The notes beneath the pieces were generated by a model, which was not told where the DNA came from, made no database searches, and was given only the letters and a program-made list of their open reading frames with translations. Position numbers and translations under genes: made by a program. A stretch of 64,000 bases of DNA from the human T2T-CHM13v2.0 reference genome, Homo sapiens, in assembly GCF_009914755.1 (NCBI RefSeq), contig NC_060947.1. One strand, given 5' to 3'. Below are positions 44,562 through 63,903 of the stretch, piece by piece (position 1 is the first letter of the stretch; each line of letters opens with the position of its first letter).

Positions 44562-45171
44562 ATCTTGCTGTAGTAGAACTTACGGAAATCTCCTTGCCAT
44601 ATGCTGGACCCAGGTAAATAGTCCTTCCAGGTGTGGTAGAAAGTTGAGAGGTTTGGTTAAAACACTGCAAGGGAAGCCAAGACTAGCATAGATGCCTTCC
44701 TAGGGCTCCTCTTCCTGTTAGCATTAGGCTTTGTGCATTCTTCATCTCTCTTGATTCTGTCACGTTCTCTTTCTCTCTATGGCCACTTCCCTGTGTTCAG
44801 CCTTCACAATTTCTCTCTGGGGCTCCCTGTCCTCATGATGTCACCTCGAATCCATTCCTCACTCTGCACCTAAAGTAATTTCTCTAGAGAGTATATCAGA
44901 TTCATGACATACCTGTGCTTACAATCCCAGCAAGTCTCCTCAATCCTTCCATAGGAAGAAGAAAGCCGCGCTCGGGCTCTGTGTGATCTAGCACCACCTT
45001 TTTTCCTTCCCTTATCCTTCCATTCCTCCTCTTTCACATGCTAGATGACATGTCCAGCCACCTTGGATGACTCGAAAACTCCTGAAGCACCCCAGCTATC
45101 AAATCCTTAGAGCCTCTTTCCTGGCCCCTTCTTCTAAGACAATTCTTTCTTGCCTTTTAAGATTCAGATCA

Positions 45172-45487
<316 letters not shown>

Positions 45488-45619
45488 TCAGCCACCCCTT
45501 TGAGAAGGTACCTCAGATTAGGGCCTTCTTTGTGTTTCAAGCATGCCTCTCGTCATTACATTTGTCAGGCTGTTTTTCTGACGATCAGTCTCCCCCTAAA
45601 GCTGTCAAGTGCTTAATGT

Positions 45620-46340
<721 letters not shown>

Positions 46341-46559
46341 GGTACCTGTCTTACTGTCTTTGCATCTTTCCACAGCACTGAGTTTAATCCCTGACACAAA
46401 GTAAGTCTTTGATGATAGTTTGTTGTCTGGCTGTGTCTGTCTTTTTGAGTGAATAACTGAATTAATTAATGGTTATGATGACAATTTTTCTGGTATTATC
46501 CCTTATCCCTCTTGTGGTAGACACAGAGATGTGTCACCAAATCTGCATTCAATAAAGTT

Positions 46560-46904
<345 letters not shown>

Positions 46905-47221
46905 TCACTCCAGGCCACGGCCTCCTCAGGGCAACCCACACCTGGCGACTGCTTTAGCAGAAATCATAAAAGGGTGTAAGAGTCTGGCCATTTCAGCCAA
47001 TTGCAGGAAACCTCTGGTGGCCGATCCCTGCTCCAGAGCTCTCCACTGGGTTGGCCGAAGCTATGCGGGTTTGCATTACAGTTCAGCTTCTCAGTCAGCC
47101 CTATCTTGCCTTCTCCCATTTCTTTTTTTCCTCACAGAATTTGATCTCTAATAAACATCTTGCATCTCAAAAGCCATCCCATCATCTGCTTCTGGAGAGT
47201 CTAACTTGCAGAATCTTCCAT

Positions 47222-47933
47222 GGTGTATTAATCAGGATTTTCCAGAAAAGCAGATCCAATAGGAGATACATTTATGGAGATGAAGTGCTGATGTTCAAGG
47301 GCAGGAGAAGAGGGATGTCCCAGCTCAAGGACAGAGAGAGTTAATTCGCTCTTCCTCCTCCTTTTTGTTCTATTCAGGCTCTCAATGGACTGGATGATAC
47401 CCACTGTATTAGAGTATTCTTGTATTGCTATAAAGAAATACCTGTGACTGGGTAATTTATAAAGAAAAGAGGTTTAATTGGCTCACGGTTCTGCAGGCTG
47501 TACAGGAAGCATGATGCTGCTATCTGCTTGGCTTCTAGGGAGGCCTCAGGAAAGTTCCAATCGTGGTAGAAGGCAAAGGGGGAGCAGGCATGTCACATGC
47601 CTAGAGCAGGAGCAAGAGAGGGGAGAGGGGGTACCACACACTTTTAAATGACCAGATCTTCTGTCAGGAGGACAGTACCAAGGGGGATGGTTTACCTCCC
47701 ACCAGGCCCCACCTCCAACATTGTGGATTACATTTCAATGTGAGATTTGAGCAGGTACACTCATCCAAACTCTATCACCCACCGACATTGGTGAGGGTGA
47801 TTTTTACTCAGCCTGCTGATTCAAATGGTAATCTCTTCCAGAAACTCTCACAGACGCACCCAGAAACAATATCTTATTAGCTATGTGAACATCCCCTTAG
47901 TCCGGTCAAGCTGACACATAAAATTAATCATCA
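47222..47933 (-). mobile_element. MLT2 ERVL LTR, interrupted by MSTA
   Basis: TATTAATCAGGATTTTCCAGA...GACACATAAAATTAATCATCAC. Confidence 0.82.
47405..47777 (-). mobile_element. MSTA-like MaLR LTR
   Basis: TGTATTAG...GCTATAAAGAAATACCTG...CCAAACTCTATCA; TSD CCCAC. Confidence 0.88.
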
Positions 47934-49887
47934 CTCATAGATTCCATGCTTTGTCATCCTGATTCCCTGATTCACTGTCACCTCAACAGACTTTGTGCTT
48001 TTCTGACTGCACTCCATTGTTTATCCCACTGTCCACTCCTCTCTGCCATGTAATAATATCTGGACAATGCTTCATAGTCTAAGTATTTCTCCATATGACA
48101 TCAGATTTACTCCTCAACAATAGCCCTGCAAGGTGGGCGTTCTTATTCCCATTTTTCTGCTGTGGAGACTGAAATTTAGATAAATATAGGGATTTTCCCA
48201 AGGTCCCCAGTTTCTAAGTGGAAACTGGAACTCAGAAGTCATTGGCAAGTACAGGAATGTCCGCAGGTAACTTTCCTCCCTCTGGGTGGGCCTTGGAGAT
48301 ATGGGCCCAACAATACTGTCTGCTACAGGAACTATCTGCGGTATTTGCTTAGCAGGTGGGAGGTAAATCACCTATCTAATTCCTTTGGATTCACACACTG
48401 AAAGCTCCCTGTTGAATTTTCCTGGGAACCGTAATGGCCCCTAGTCCCTTAAGCTGAACTAATACGTGATTTGTTCTGGAGTCACCTATGGGGGTGAAAC
48501 AGTTGTAGGAGAAGGCAGAGAGGTCCAGGACTGAGGGCTTGGGAGAGTTGCTGGTGGAGGCCCCTCAGTGCTTATGGATGATCGTGGGCACTGAATGGGA
48601 GGAGGGGAATCTGTCATGACTTTGAGCTGTGGGCACACCAGCAATCTCTTCTTTTGCTCTCAGAGCTGCCTGGGAGTTGGTATATAAATACACCAGCCAG
48701 AGGGGGTTGGGGGATTCCCATCTGGAATTTGACAGTTCCTCCCTCAGTTGACACAGAGGAGGGTCCCTGTGGAAGTCAGCTGGTAATCCTCCACCCAGGT
48801 GCTCCAGACTTGAGACAGATGAATGGGTGGCCTAGGCTGGGGAAGCACCCAAGCAAGCATTCCATCTCAGATAGTCTCGCAGGGGGTAGCCTCAGCCTGA
48901 CTTGGGAGTGGAGGAGCTCTGGAGTGTGAGTTACAGGTCAGAGGGGTCCCATGCATAGGCAAGGGAGCTGGGCTTTCATACTCCTCCATCCACCAGCCAT
49001 TGGCTAAGGACTGCTTTGTCCTGGGGAAGCATACATTTCCAGACATTTTCAGCTCTCCTCAATAAAGTTGCTCCAGTAGGCATGGGCAGGCCTCCAAATA
49101 AGTTACAGGTTTTGGAAACAAAGGCACACTGAAGCCAGGGGTGGTCAAAAACAGCACAGAAATAGCCAGGGGAATGCAGGTGTAACACAGACAACAAGAA
49201 ATTATGGGGACCTCTGGCTTTTTCAGTGTGTGATCAATGCACCTCTTCTCTCTTTGTTTTTGCCGTGAGCTCCATGGGAGCAGAGACTGTGTAACTTTGT
49301 AGTCCCAGCAGTCAGCAGAAGGCCTGGTGTCCATGCCCAAATAACTGTTGCCAAAGGGGTGGAAGATGGAATGTTTTGTCCAAGAGTGTAAACGAATGCA
49401 CAGAGCCAAGACTGAAACAGGGCTCTCTGGGAACAAGGCAGAGGTGTAGAGCCTGGACTGGGGCCTTAGTTGGCTTTGGAGTCATGGTTTTGAACCTGGG
49501 GCTGTTCTGCAGTTTCTCCATTATCTGCTAGCCTCTCCCTTTGAATGAGTGATGCTTTCTGGGGATGTTAAATATCTGTAGCTGTTAACTATTTGTGCAT
49601 GGATAGAGTGGAGGGTTAAGAAACAAAGGTGCCTCACCTCCCCCAGGAAAGCCCAGGTGGTTTGAAGAGTGAGATGTCTGGGTCAGAGGGAAGTGGAAGT
49701 GGACTTTTAGGTTAAGCGAGAAGTCTCCAGGGCAGAGCTGATTTAACTCTGAAAATAGCTGGAGGAGGACTCTAGTGGGTGCGTTTACCCCTGCTGTGGC
49801 CGGGGTTGGATACTTATTATTCCCCTTTCAACTTTCTGTATCTTATTCTTTCTAGGCCTGATTGTTACTCTCTTTCAGAAACAAGAG

Positions 49888-50005
49888 GGCGGGGGTGGTA
49901 GCTCACACCTGTAATTGCAACACTTAGGGTGGCAGAGGCTAGAGGATGGCTTGAACCCAGCCTGGGCAACATAGCAGGACCACCTCCACAAAAAGAAAAA
50001 AAAAA
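49888..50005 (+). mobile_element. FLAM-like Alu monomer
   Basis: Single degenerate arm; TSD AGAAACAAG. Confidence 0.8.
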
Positions 50006-50919
50006 GAAACAAGGACACTCTGGGGACTGACTCACGTTAATTAAAATCACGAGACTGGTATTAAAAACTCAGGAAGTCATTATTAACTTACAGCAAGAAA
50101 TTCAGTCGTTTATTCATTTATTTATCCCATAAATATTTATTGATTGCTGACCTAAGCCAAATTGGTCATGCATAACCCTAAAGTTCTTTCTAGAAGGTAA
50201 TATAGCCTCCTGTATGAGGCAGGAGACAAAAACCACAGTGGTTGTTTTAACAGAGAGAATTTAATATAGAGAATGGTTAGCTAAGTATAAGGAATCATTA
50301 ACTAGTTATCGAAGAACTCAAAAAGCAAAAAAGAGAACTCTGTGGTATCATGAAGGTAGCAATTTCTGGAAGCAGCTACCACCTCTGAGGGACAAAGGGG
50401 GAAAAGTTGGAATTATTAAAACCTAGAAGCTTGGAGGAGTGATCGCATGGGGCTGAAACTCAGAAGCCTGAGGAAGGGGCACCTGCTGGCTAGTGCTGGT
50501 GTCTCTGAGCTCAGAGGAGGGGCCCCACGGAGGTGGAATCCAGACCTCTAAGGAGGATGAGCTGGCCAGCTGGCATCTGTGGGGTAGGAGATGATGAGGT
50601 TGGTTCTGTGGGCATTGCAAACCGGATTCAGCTGCTGCTACAGGAAGGGACTGCTGCTGCCATAGTGAAGAAGCATGGTGTGAGGGATGCCACTCACAGG
50701 ATTAGAAAGCTAAGGGAAGAAGCCACTGGGAAGCCAGCAGAAGCCCAAAGGAAAAAAACAACTCCCTTCTCCCTCCTCTAGCCTTGAGTCTCTCTCTAGC
50801 GCTTCCTACAGGCAGAGCACAAGAGGGAGCGCTGGCAAAGCAGAAAGGTGGTTTAAGTCCCAGCCCTAGCATCATAAAGAAGGGTGGGTTTGGAGCTGAG
50901 AGATGATCTCTTAATAATT

Positions 50920-51198
50920 GGCTGGGCGCGGTGGCTCACGCCTGTAATCCCAGCACTTTGGGAGGCCAAGGCCGGCGGATCACTTGAGGTTAGGAGTTCG
51001 AGACCAGCCTGGCCAATATGGTGAAATCCCGTCTCTATTAATAATACAAAAATTAGCCGGGCGTGGTGGTGCAGGCCTGAAATCCCAGCTACTTGGGAGG
51101 CTAAGGCATGAGAATCACCTGAACCCAGGAGGCAGAGGTTGCAGTGAGCGAGATCACGCCACAGTACTCCAGCCTGAGAGACAGTGAAACTGAGTCTC

Positions 51199-51234
<36 letters not shown>

Positions 51235-51256
51235 GAAAAGAAAAGAAAAGAAAAAA
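50920..51256 (+). mobile_element. AluSx with (AAAAG)n tail
   Basis: Full dimer, TSD ATCTCTTAATAA. Confidence 0.93.
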
Positions 51257-51777
51257 TCTCTTAATAACTGATACATCTCCAAAGAGTCTTGAGGTGAGTG
51301 AGGATTAGCTAACCACCCCCAGAAACCTCACCACCAGCTCACACAAAAGCAAATATCTGACCAAACTCTACCACATTTATTAAGCAAGCATTCGTTAGCA
51401 ATCTGGCACAAACGCAATTGATGCAACCTTTTCTCTAGGCTTGAGGAAGTCCCAGCTCTCAGCTTACCCTTGCATGAAAGGTCACTGAAGGTGGATGCAA
51501 CATTCCAGAAGCATCAGAGAACCAGAAATCCTCTAAAACTAAAGGTTGAATCAAGCCTCAGGTGCCATCTCTAAGGTGCAGGGCACAGACCTTGCTAGAT
51601 TCTGATAATCTCTTTATCTAAAGGTGGAGAGTAGCATCTCCAATATATTCAAGTAAACCCATAGACCCTGAATACCTCTAACTTCACCAACAAGAGTCTA
51701 TTTCTAACATTCGTCATGCTAATTAACAAGCCACCAATTTCATCAATGAAAACCCATTTTTGACTTTCACTTTGCTA

Positions 51778-52504
<727 letters not shown>

Positions 52505-52599
52505 CTATAGGGGTCGGCCGGTTGGTACTGGGTACTTTTCTGAAAACATCAGGAGGACCAAATTCTGCCACTCGGTTGTCAGCAAACCTTCCCTGTAGG

Positions 52600-52719
52600 T
52601 TGAGTTGCCAGATAAAATACAGGCTATCCAGTTCAATTTGCATTTCAGATAAACAATGAATACTTTTTTTTTTTTTTAGCATAAGTGCTATATTTTATTT
52701 GCTAAATCTGGCAATTCTA
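52600..52719. mobile_element. MER53 hAT MITE, internally deleted
   Basis: GAGTTGCCAGATAAAATACAGG...TATTTGCTAAATCTGGCAATTCT. Confidence 0.8.
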
Positions 52720-53002
52720 TTTCTAGGCAAAGCTATAAGGAAAGCCAAACAGGGCAGAAGTCAGCTCAGTGAGTGTGAGATTAGTCAAGGCAGGAGGATG
52801 AGATAGCTTTAGGTTCAATGCCTGAGTTATCTATTTCCATCTGCCTCCCCAGACAAGCCCAAGTATTTTAGAGGTCAGGGGGTCGGCTTCCCTGAGCAGT
52901 GCTGGCCAAGACACACGTGGTCTCTCTGATTTCCTTTTATAAATGCCACGCACATTCTTCTTAAACAGACCCCTCTGCCAGCACATTCTTTCTTATGCAG
53001 AT

Positions 53003-53500
53003 GCCGTGATGGTTAATTTTATGTGTCAACTTGGAGGGTGTTTTGGGATAAAATTAACGTTGAAATTGATGAACCGATTAACATTGAAATTGATGAACAG
53101 ATCCATAGTGTGGGTGGGCCTCGTTCAATCAGTTGAAGGCCAGAAAGGAGCAAAAAGACCAGCCTCCCTGAGCAAGAGGAATTCTCCAGAATACACTGCC
53201 TTCAGACTTCATCTGCAGCTTCAGCTCTCCCCAGTCTCTGCCTACCAGCCCACACTGCAGATTTTGGACTTGCTGGCCTCCATAATCATGTGAACCAATC
53301 CCTTATAATCTCTCTCTCTTGCTCTATGTGTGTGTGTATACATAGGTATATGTGTATATATATATGCGTGTATATATATATAGTATATGTGTATAGATAT
53401 ATCCATGTATTTATACATATATACACGCACACACGTGTGTGTGTTTGTGTGTGTGTGTGTACATCCTTTTGGTTCTGTTTCTCTGGAGAACCCTAATACA
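53003..53500 (+). mobile_element. MLT2 ERVL LTR with a (TG/TA)n tract (about 53328-53460)
   Basis: GTGATGGTTAATTTTATGTGTCAACTTG...TCTGGAGAACCCTAATACA. Confidence 0.85.
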
Positions 53501-54376
53501 GACCCCCAAATAGCTGATTAGGTTTGAGGTTCCATAATGACAAAGCAGTTTTGCTTCCTTCTTCTAAACAGGTTCCCTGAATGGGATTCGTTTGCTCATA
53601 GTCTTCATTTTTTTCTCCATTAATGGATGATTTCATTTTTCTCTTAACACTCAGAGAGATTAAGAAACTTGCCGAAGCCTGGCCAGCTGAAATTTCATCT
53701 CACCTCTAGCTTCAAGGCTTGTGCTTGAAGCTGTTCTGCTGTTCAGTGTCAGTCTGTATCCTGGAAATTGTCTTCCTCGATACAGGGAGGTTTCTGTTGG
53801 GTAAAGTAAAGGATGCTGGGCTTGGAGTCAGAAGACTTTGGCCTTGTTCAGAAATGGAAACATCCCAGATGGGGTTAGCAGTTTGGAGAGGGCTTTGATG
53901 CTTAGGAGCTATGCAAGCACGTTCAGCAACTCCTGCAGGTTGACCTGACAGAACCTCTTGATAAACTTGAACTCTGGGCATGCAGGGCGAGCCAAGGCTA
54001 GGTCTCATTAGTGATGTCACAGCCCCAGGAGGCACAACAATTAAAGGAGCAGCTTTTTGGGTCAAAGGCAGGAGATCCTGCTGGTGGGAACTCAGGGAAG
54101 GTGTGGGTCCCACTCAACCTCTGCAAAACCAGTCCTATTATTCTACCCTTGTCTCCAGGCAATGCCTACACTCATGTGGAAGCTTCAAGGGGATGGAGGG
54201 CAGGTTTCTGATCCTCCTGAGGCATCACAATCCTCAAATCCACCAGGCTGGGGCCAGAAACTGATGGCAGGGCGGGGCAGTTGGGGAGGGCAGGAGTTAA
54301 ATAAACACAGGTTTCATGGCTAGCCAGGTGTGAAGGTAAAGTTTTTCTTTACTAGCTGTGTTCTAGTTCTAGAATA

Positions 54377-54748
54377 TTATGTACTAAATGTTTCTGTCCC
54401 TTCAAAATTCATATATTGAAGCCCCAGTCTCCATTGAGATGTTATTACGAGGTGGGGCCTTTGGGAGGTGATTAGGTTTAGATGACATCTTGAGGATGGG
54501 ACCCCCCCATGATGGGATTAATGTTCTTATGAGAAGAGGAAGACCAGAGCACACTGTCTCTGCCATGTGAGTACACAGCAAGAAGATGGCTGTCTGCAAA
54601 CCAGGAATAGAGCACTCACCAGGGAACTGAACTGCCTGGCACTTTGACCTTGGACTTCCCAGCCTCCAGAACTATGAGAAATAAATGTAAGTTCCTTAAG
54701 CCCCCAGCCTGTGGTATTTTGTTATAGCAGCCTGAGCTGACTAATACA
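54377..54748 (+). mobile_element. MLT1A0-like MaLR LTR
   Basis: GAGGTGGGGCCTTTGGGAGGTGATTAGG...GCAGCCTGAGCTGACTAATACA. Confidence 0.88.
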
Positions 54749-56112
54749 TAGAGTGACTACACAATGTCTCTTATTAGCAGTTTTCCCATGTAAAATCTCT
54801 TAGTAAACATGTACTGCTTTGTGTACATGTATGTTTTTTAATTTTTAAAATCAACATTATTGATGTATAATTTACATACAATAACATGTACCCATTTTAA
54901 GTGTACAGTTTGATGAGTTTGGAGAAATATACATACCCGTTTAACCACACACCAGTCAAGATATAGGTCATTTTCATCCATGATGGATCTTGGATCCATC
55001 ACCAAGAATACAAGATTTCCCTTGTATTCTTTTGCAGTCAATCCCTTCTCTCCACCCTAGCTCTAAGCAACACTAATCTGCTTTTCCCACTGTAGATTAG
55101 TTTTGCCTGTTCCGGAATTTTATAGACATAGAGTCATATAACGCACACTTTATTGTGTCTGGCTTTTGTTCAATAGAATGCTTTTGAGATCATCCATGTT
55201 ATTGCATGTGTCAATATTTGGGGATTAAAAAAATTGCTGTGTAGTATTCTGTTGTATGAATATACCACAATTTGTTTATCCATACTCTTTGGTATATTTT
55301 AAATTTATGTATATTCTGTTATATATCTCATTCTGGGTTTTAGATTTTTCACTAAGCATAGCTTTAAGACTCACTCATGTAGCTATTTGTATATCTAACT
55401 CATTGCTACTAAATGCTTCATATTACTCCATCATGGGCAGTCCCCAGGTTTTATCTAATCACCCCCTCAGTGATGGATGCCACTTTGCTACCCACCACAC
55501 AAAAAAATACTGCACTGAGCACCTTTTACATGTACCTCATGGACCTCTGAATTTTCATGGGATATATACCCAGGAGGTGAATTGCTGGGTCATTTACTAC
55601 ATGTTTACTTAATTAATGTCAGAGATGTCAGCTTCTTCTCCAGAATGGCTGCACTAGTCTACACTCCTACCTGCAATGCCAGAGGGCTTTTTATAGCCCT
55701 ATAGCTCCCCAGCACTTGGCATTATACAGCTAACTTTTGCAGTCTAATATAAAAAAGTGATATCTCATTTTTGTTTTAATTTGCATCTCCCTGATTGCAA
55801 ATAAGTTTGAGCACCTTTGCAGGTGGGTGTCTCTCTCTAAACTGCCTGTTCATATTCTTTGCCCAGTTTTCTACCGGGGATGATGTTTTGCTTCATGTTG
55901 ATTTGCAGGTGTTTCTCACATATTTGACATGCTCATTTCTTGTTTTAGAGATTGAAAACATTTTCTTCCATTTTGGGCATACATCTATTCCCTTTGTCTG
56001 TGGTGTGCTTCAATAAACAGAAATCCTTAATTTTGAAGTAAATACATTTCCCTTTTCACCTAATGGTCTTTGCCTTTGAAGTTTTATTTAAGTAGTCTTT
56101 CTCTGCCAATAG

Positions 56113-56568
<456 letters not shown>

Positions 56569-56605
56569 TTAACTCCATGCAGAGGATCTTTAAAATCTTG
56601 GCTCT

Positions 56606-56948
<343 letters not shown>

Positions 56949-57483
56949 TTATCTTTCCTATTTAGATCTACAATTCTTCTGAAATTGATTTACATGTATG
57001 GTGTGAGATAGGGATCCAGATTTATTTCTCCCCATTTAGATACAAAATTAACCCAGTGCCATTTATTTAAAAGATTATCTTTTTTCCACTATACATCAGT
57101 GTCATACTGTAATAAACCAGGTAAACTAAATGTGTGTCTGCTCTGGATTCTTGATTATTTTCCATTGGTCAGTTTATCTATCCTTGTGTAGTACATCACT
57201 GTATTCCTCAGAGAGGGCTTGTGTAGTCTTATGCTAATTTTAGACACTTTATAATTTTGTAGCTATTGTAAATGATTTTATTTTTATTACATTTTATAGT
57301 TTCTAGTTATTTCTGTAGTAAAAAGCAGCTACTGATTTCTGTAGGTTGATTTTCTAGTTAGAAACTTTATGTATATCCCCACTTAGAGTTGAGTTTATGG
57401 ATTACATTTTTATTTCTAGATAGATGGTCATATCACTTGCAAATAGCAATTTTATCTTTTTCCTTCCCAAAAGTATATCTCCA

Positions 57484-57951
57484 TGATGATTAATTTTATA
57501 TGTCAATTTGGCTAGTCTCTTGTGCCCAGTTATTTTGTCACACAACAGTCTACAGTCTAGGTGTTGCCACGAAGGTATTTTTTAGATGAGATTAACATTT
57601 AACTCAATGGACTTTGAGTAAAGCAGATTACCCTCCATAATGTGGGTAGGCCTTGTCCAGTCAGTTGAAGGCCTTAAGAAAAAAGATGAACATTCTTGGA
57701 GGGAGAGACAATTCTGCCTCTAGAATGCCTTTGGACTTAAGCTGCAACATCAGTTCTTCCCTGGGTCTCCAGCCTGCTAGTCCACTCTGCAGATTTCTGA
57801 CTTGTCAGTCCACACAATCACGTGAGCTAATTCCTTAAAGTAAATCTTCCTCCCTCCCTCTCTCTTTCTCTCTCTCCTCCCCTTACACTCTTTTTCACTG
57901 TCTGCATACATCCTATTGCTTCTCTTTCTCTGGAGAAGCCTGACTAATACA
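57484..57951 (+). mobile_element. MLT2 ERVL LTR
   Basis: TAATTTTATATGTCAATTTGGC...CTGGAGAAGCCTGACTAATACA. Confidence 0.85.
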
Positions 57952-58094
57952 ACCTCTTAATTATTTTCATTTTCTAACAATGGCCAGGACTTTCATGCCA
58001 TATTACACAGTAAAGGTTGAGGACACATTTGTCTTATTTATAATCTTAAAGGGAATGTGTCTAAAGTTTCTCCATTAAGTATATTTGCTGTAGG

Positions 58095-58394
58095 TTTTTT
58101 GTTGTTGTTTCCGAGGCAGAGTCTCACTCCATCACCCAGGCTGGAGTGCAGTGCTGTAGTCTCGGCTCACTGCAACTGCTGCTTCCTGGGTTCAAGTGAT
58201 TCTCGTGCCTCAGCCTCCTGAGTAACTGAGATTACAGGTGCCTGCCACCACACCCAGCTAATTTTTGTATTTTTAGTAGAGACAGGGTTTTGCCATGTTG
58301 GCCAGGCTGGTCTGGAACTCCTGATCTCAAGTGATCTGCCTGCCTCGGACTCTCAATGTGCTGGGATTACAAGTGTGAGCCACTACACCCAGCC
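58095..58394 (-). mobile_element. AluSz/Sx
   Basis: Full dimer. Confidence 0.92.
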
Positions 58395-58618
58395 TTCCGT
58401 AGGATTTGATACATAACCTTTATCAAGTTAAGAAAATTTCTTTATGTTCCTAGTTTGCTAAGTTTACTGATGTTGAACCATTGTCGAATTTCTGGGATAA
58501 AACCTTCATCATGATGGATATATATATATATATTTAAATCCTGTTGAGTTCTGTCAGTAAATCTTTTGTTTGGGATTTATACATCTGTTTTCATAAATGA
58601 AAAAGCCCTGTAAGTACA

Positions 58619-58933
<315 letters not shown>

Positions 58934-59083
58934 ATAAGTACTTTTTAAAAATTGTCACTAACTGGTTTTGGAATTAAGATTGCCTTGGCTTCAAAATGAG
59001 CTGGATGGCATTCACTCTTTTTCTAAACTCTGAAACAATCTGGGTAAAATAGGAATTAAGCATTTCTTTCTTTTTTAAAACAA

Positions 59084-59376
<293 letters not shown>

Positions 59377-59416
59377 TAAAAATTTCATAGAATTCGCCTA
59401 TAAAACTAAAAGGGCC

Positions 59417-59836
59417 ATCAGTGATAGACTGGATAAAGAAAATGTGGCACATATACACCATGGAATATATGCAGCCATAAAAAAGAATGAGATCACGTCC
59501 TTTGCGAGGACATGGATGAAGCTGGAAACCATCATCCTCAGCAAACTAACACAGGAACAGAAAACCAAACACCGCATGTTCTCACTCATAAGTGGGAGTT
59601 GAACCATGAGAACACATGGACACAGGGAGGAGAACAACACACACTGGGGCCTGTCGGGGGGTGGAGGGCAAGGGGAGGGAAAGCATCAGGACAAATACCT
59701 AATGCATGCGGGGCTTAACACCTAGATGATGGGTTGATAGATGCAGCAAACCACCATGGCACACGTATACCTATGTAACAAACCTGCACATCCTGCACAT
59801 GTATCCTGGAACTTAAAATAATATATTTTAAAAAAC
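59417..59836 (+). mobile_element. 5'-truncated L1PA 3' end
   Basis: GACTGGATAAAGAAAATGTGGCACATATACACCATGG...AAACCTGCACATCCTGCACATG; TSD AAACTAAAAGGGCC (59403-59416, 59837-59850). Confidence 0.93.
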
Positions 59837-59879
59837 AAACTAAAAGGGCCTAAAGTTTTGGGGGAGAGGATGTCTTTGA

Positions 59880-60258
<379 letters not shown>

Positions 60259-60390
60259 CCTATTTCATTTTTTTTTCAATTTTAGTAGTGCAGAGTTATT
60301 CATAATGCTTTTTTCTTTTTTAAATAATCACTTTAGTGCCTGTGGTTATTTCTTCCTTTTCTTTTTGTATTTTATTTATTCACATCCTCT

Positions 60391-60685
60391 CTTTTTTTTT
60401 TTTTTGAGACGGAGTCTTGCTCTGTCGCCCAGGCTGGAGTGCGGTGGCACATCTCGGCTCACTGCAAACTCCGCCTCCTGGATTCACACCATTCTCCTGC
60501 CTCAGCCTCCCGGGTAGCTGGGACTACAGGCACCCGCCACCACGCCCGGCTAATTTTTTGTATTTTTAATAGAGACGGGGTTTCACCGTATTAGCCAGGA
60601 TGGTCTCAATCTCCTGACCTTGTGATCCACCCGCCTCAACCTCCCAAAGTGCTGGGATTACAGGCGTGAGCCACCGCACCCGGCC
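60391..60685 (-). mobile_element. AluY
   Basis: Y diagnostics. Confidence 0.93.
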
Positions 60686-60848
60686 CATATCTTCTCTTTT
60701 TTATTCTTGATCACTCTTGCCAGAGGTCTGTCTTTAAAAACATCTTTTCATGGAACCAGTTTTTGACTTTTAAAATAATTCTCACAGTTTTTGTTGCTGT
60801 TCTGTTTCATAGAGTTGTGCCAGGACTGAGCCAAGCATTTGCAGTTGT

Positions 60849-61560
60849 TTTCAATAACAACTGAGCATGCAAACTAGAGGTCAACTCTACTTTCAATGTA
60901 TCCATAATTGGTAACTGTATCTGTCACAATGTAGTCTCACCAAAGCTGTAATTATTCCAGAGAAGTGGCCAGCTTGTTACCTTGGCCACAGTACATAGAT
61001 AAAGGAACTGTTCACAGGAAATCATGAGAATAGATGCAAATATTGGAATGATAGCAATATGGTTGACACGCCAGCACTCACAGTCTATTCAGCAAATGTA
61101 CCTTCTTCTCTTTAGGAAGGGCCGTGAAATCCTGGCTGGGAATTTTGCAGGACCAATCAGAGACATTGCTTTCGATGCTCATTGTTCCATCTCAGACCCC
61201 TGCTCTCATGTGCTTAGGTCTTCAATGGGTGATTTCTAGCGTGGGTATGGCAACTCACTTATCTCTGCTAATGTGTCTGCCTGTGCCTCAGTTGAGTGTA
61301 GAGGATTTATGGACAGGAGCCTTATCCCAACGTTGCCATCCTCCCCCGTTGCCCCAGATAAATGGCCAGATGAAAAGGCTGGAACAGTGTGCCAAGGATG
61401 CTCTGAAGGAGATTGTTGGAAAGATGAGCCATAAGACATGCCAGGTTTCTGGCTGCTCAAAATGTCACACACTATTCAATTTTTACAGCCAGTCCTGCTG
61501 AATTACCGTGAGGCCATCCATCAAGAATGGTCTCAGCTGTCTCCACATAGATAAATAAGA
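60849..61560 (+). mobile_element. Decayed Gypsy/Ty3-type LTR retrotransposon internal region (integrase fossil)
   Basis: Ordered degenerate motifs REILAGNFAGP..DAH, LISANVSACASVECRGFMDRSLIPTLPSSP, PQINGQMKRLEQCAKDALKE and VLLNYREAIH..SP, with stops and frameshifts. Confidence 0.7.
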
Positions 61561-61919
61561 ATGATGTCTGAATGCCATTCTGTCTGTAACTATCTTTCAC
61601 TTATTTTACCCTATGAGTTAGTCTGGTGGGGTTAAGCCAAGGGTGGGATCTGCTGCTAGAATAATGAATACCGGGACCCTCTGAGCACACTGGGTCCGTG
61701 TAACATTGTCTAATTGATCACTGGCAAAATCTCCCTCCCAGGGTAACTAGAGGAAGACAGACCAATAGAAATGCCTCCTTCAGAGTCACTGGTGTTGATT
61801 TTTCAGACTCATGAGGATTCCTCAAAGCTGCAAGGAAGGAAGCAATAACTCCTCAGGCACTGCAGCTACACCCAGTATTTCACCTGGGTAGTGCCCAAGA
61901 GTACCACTGTAAAACAGTT

Positions 61920-63903
<1,984 letters not shown>

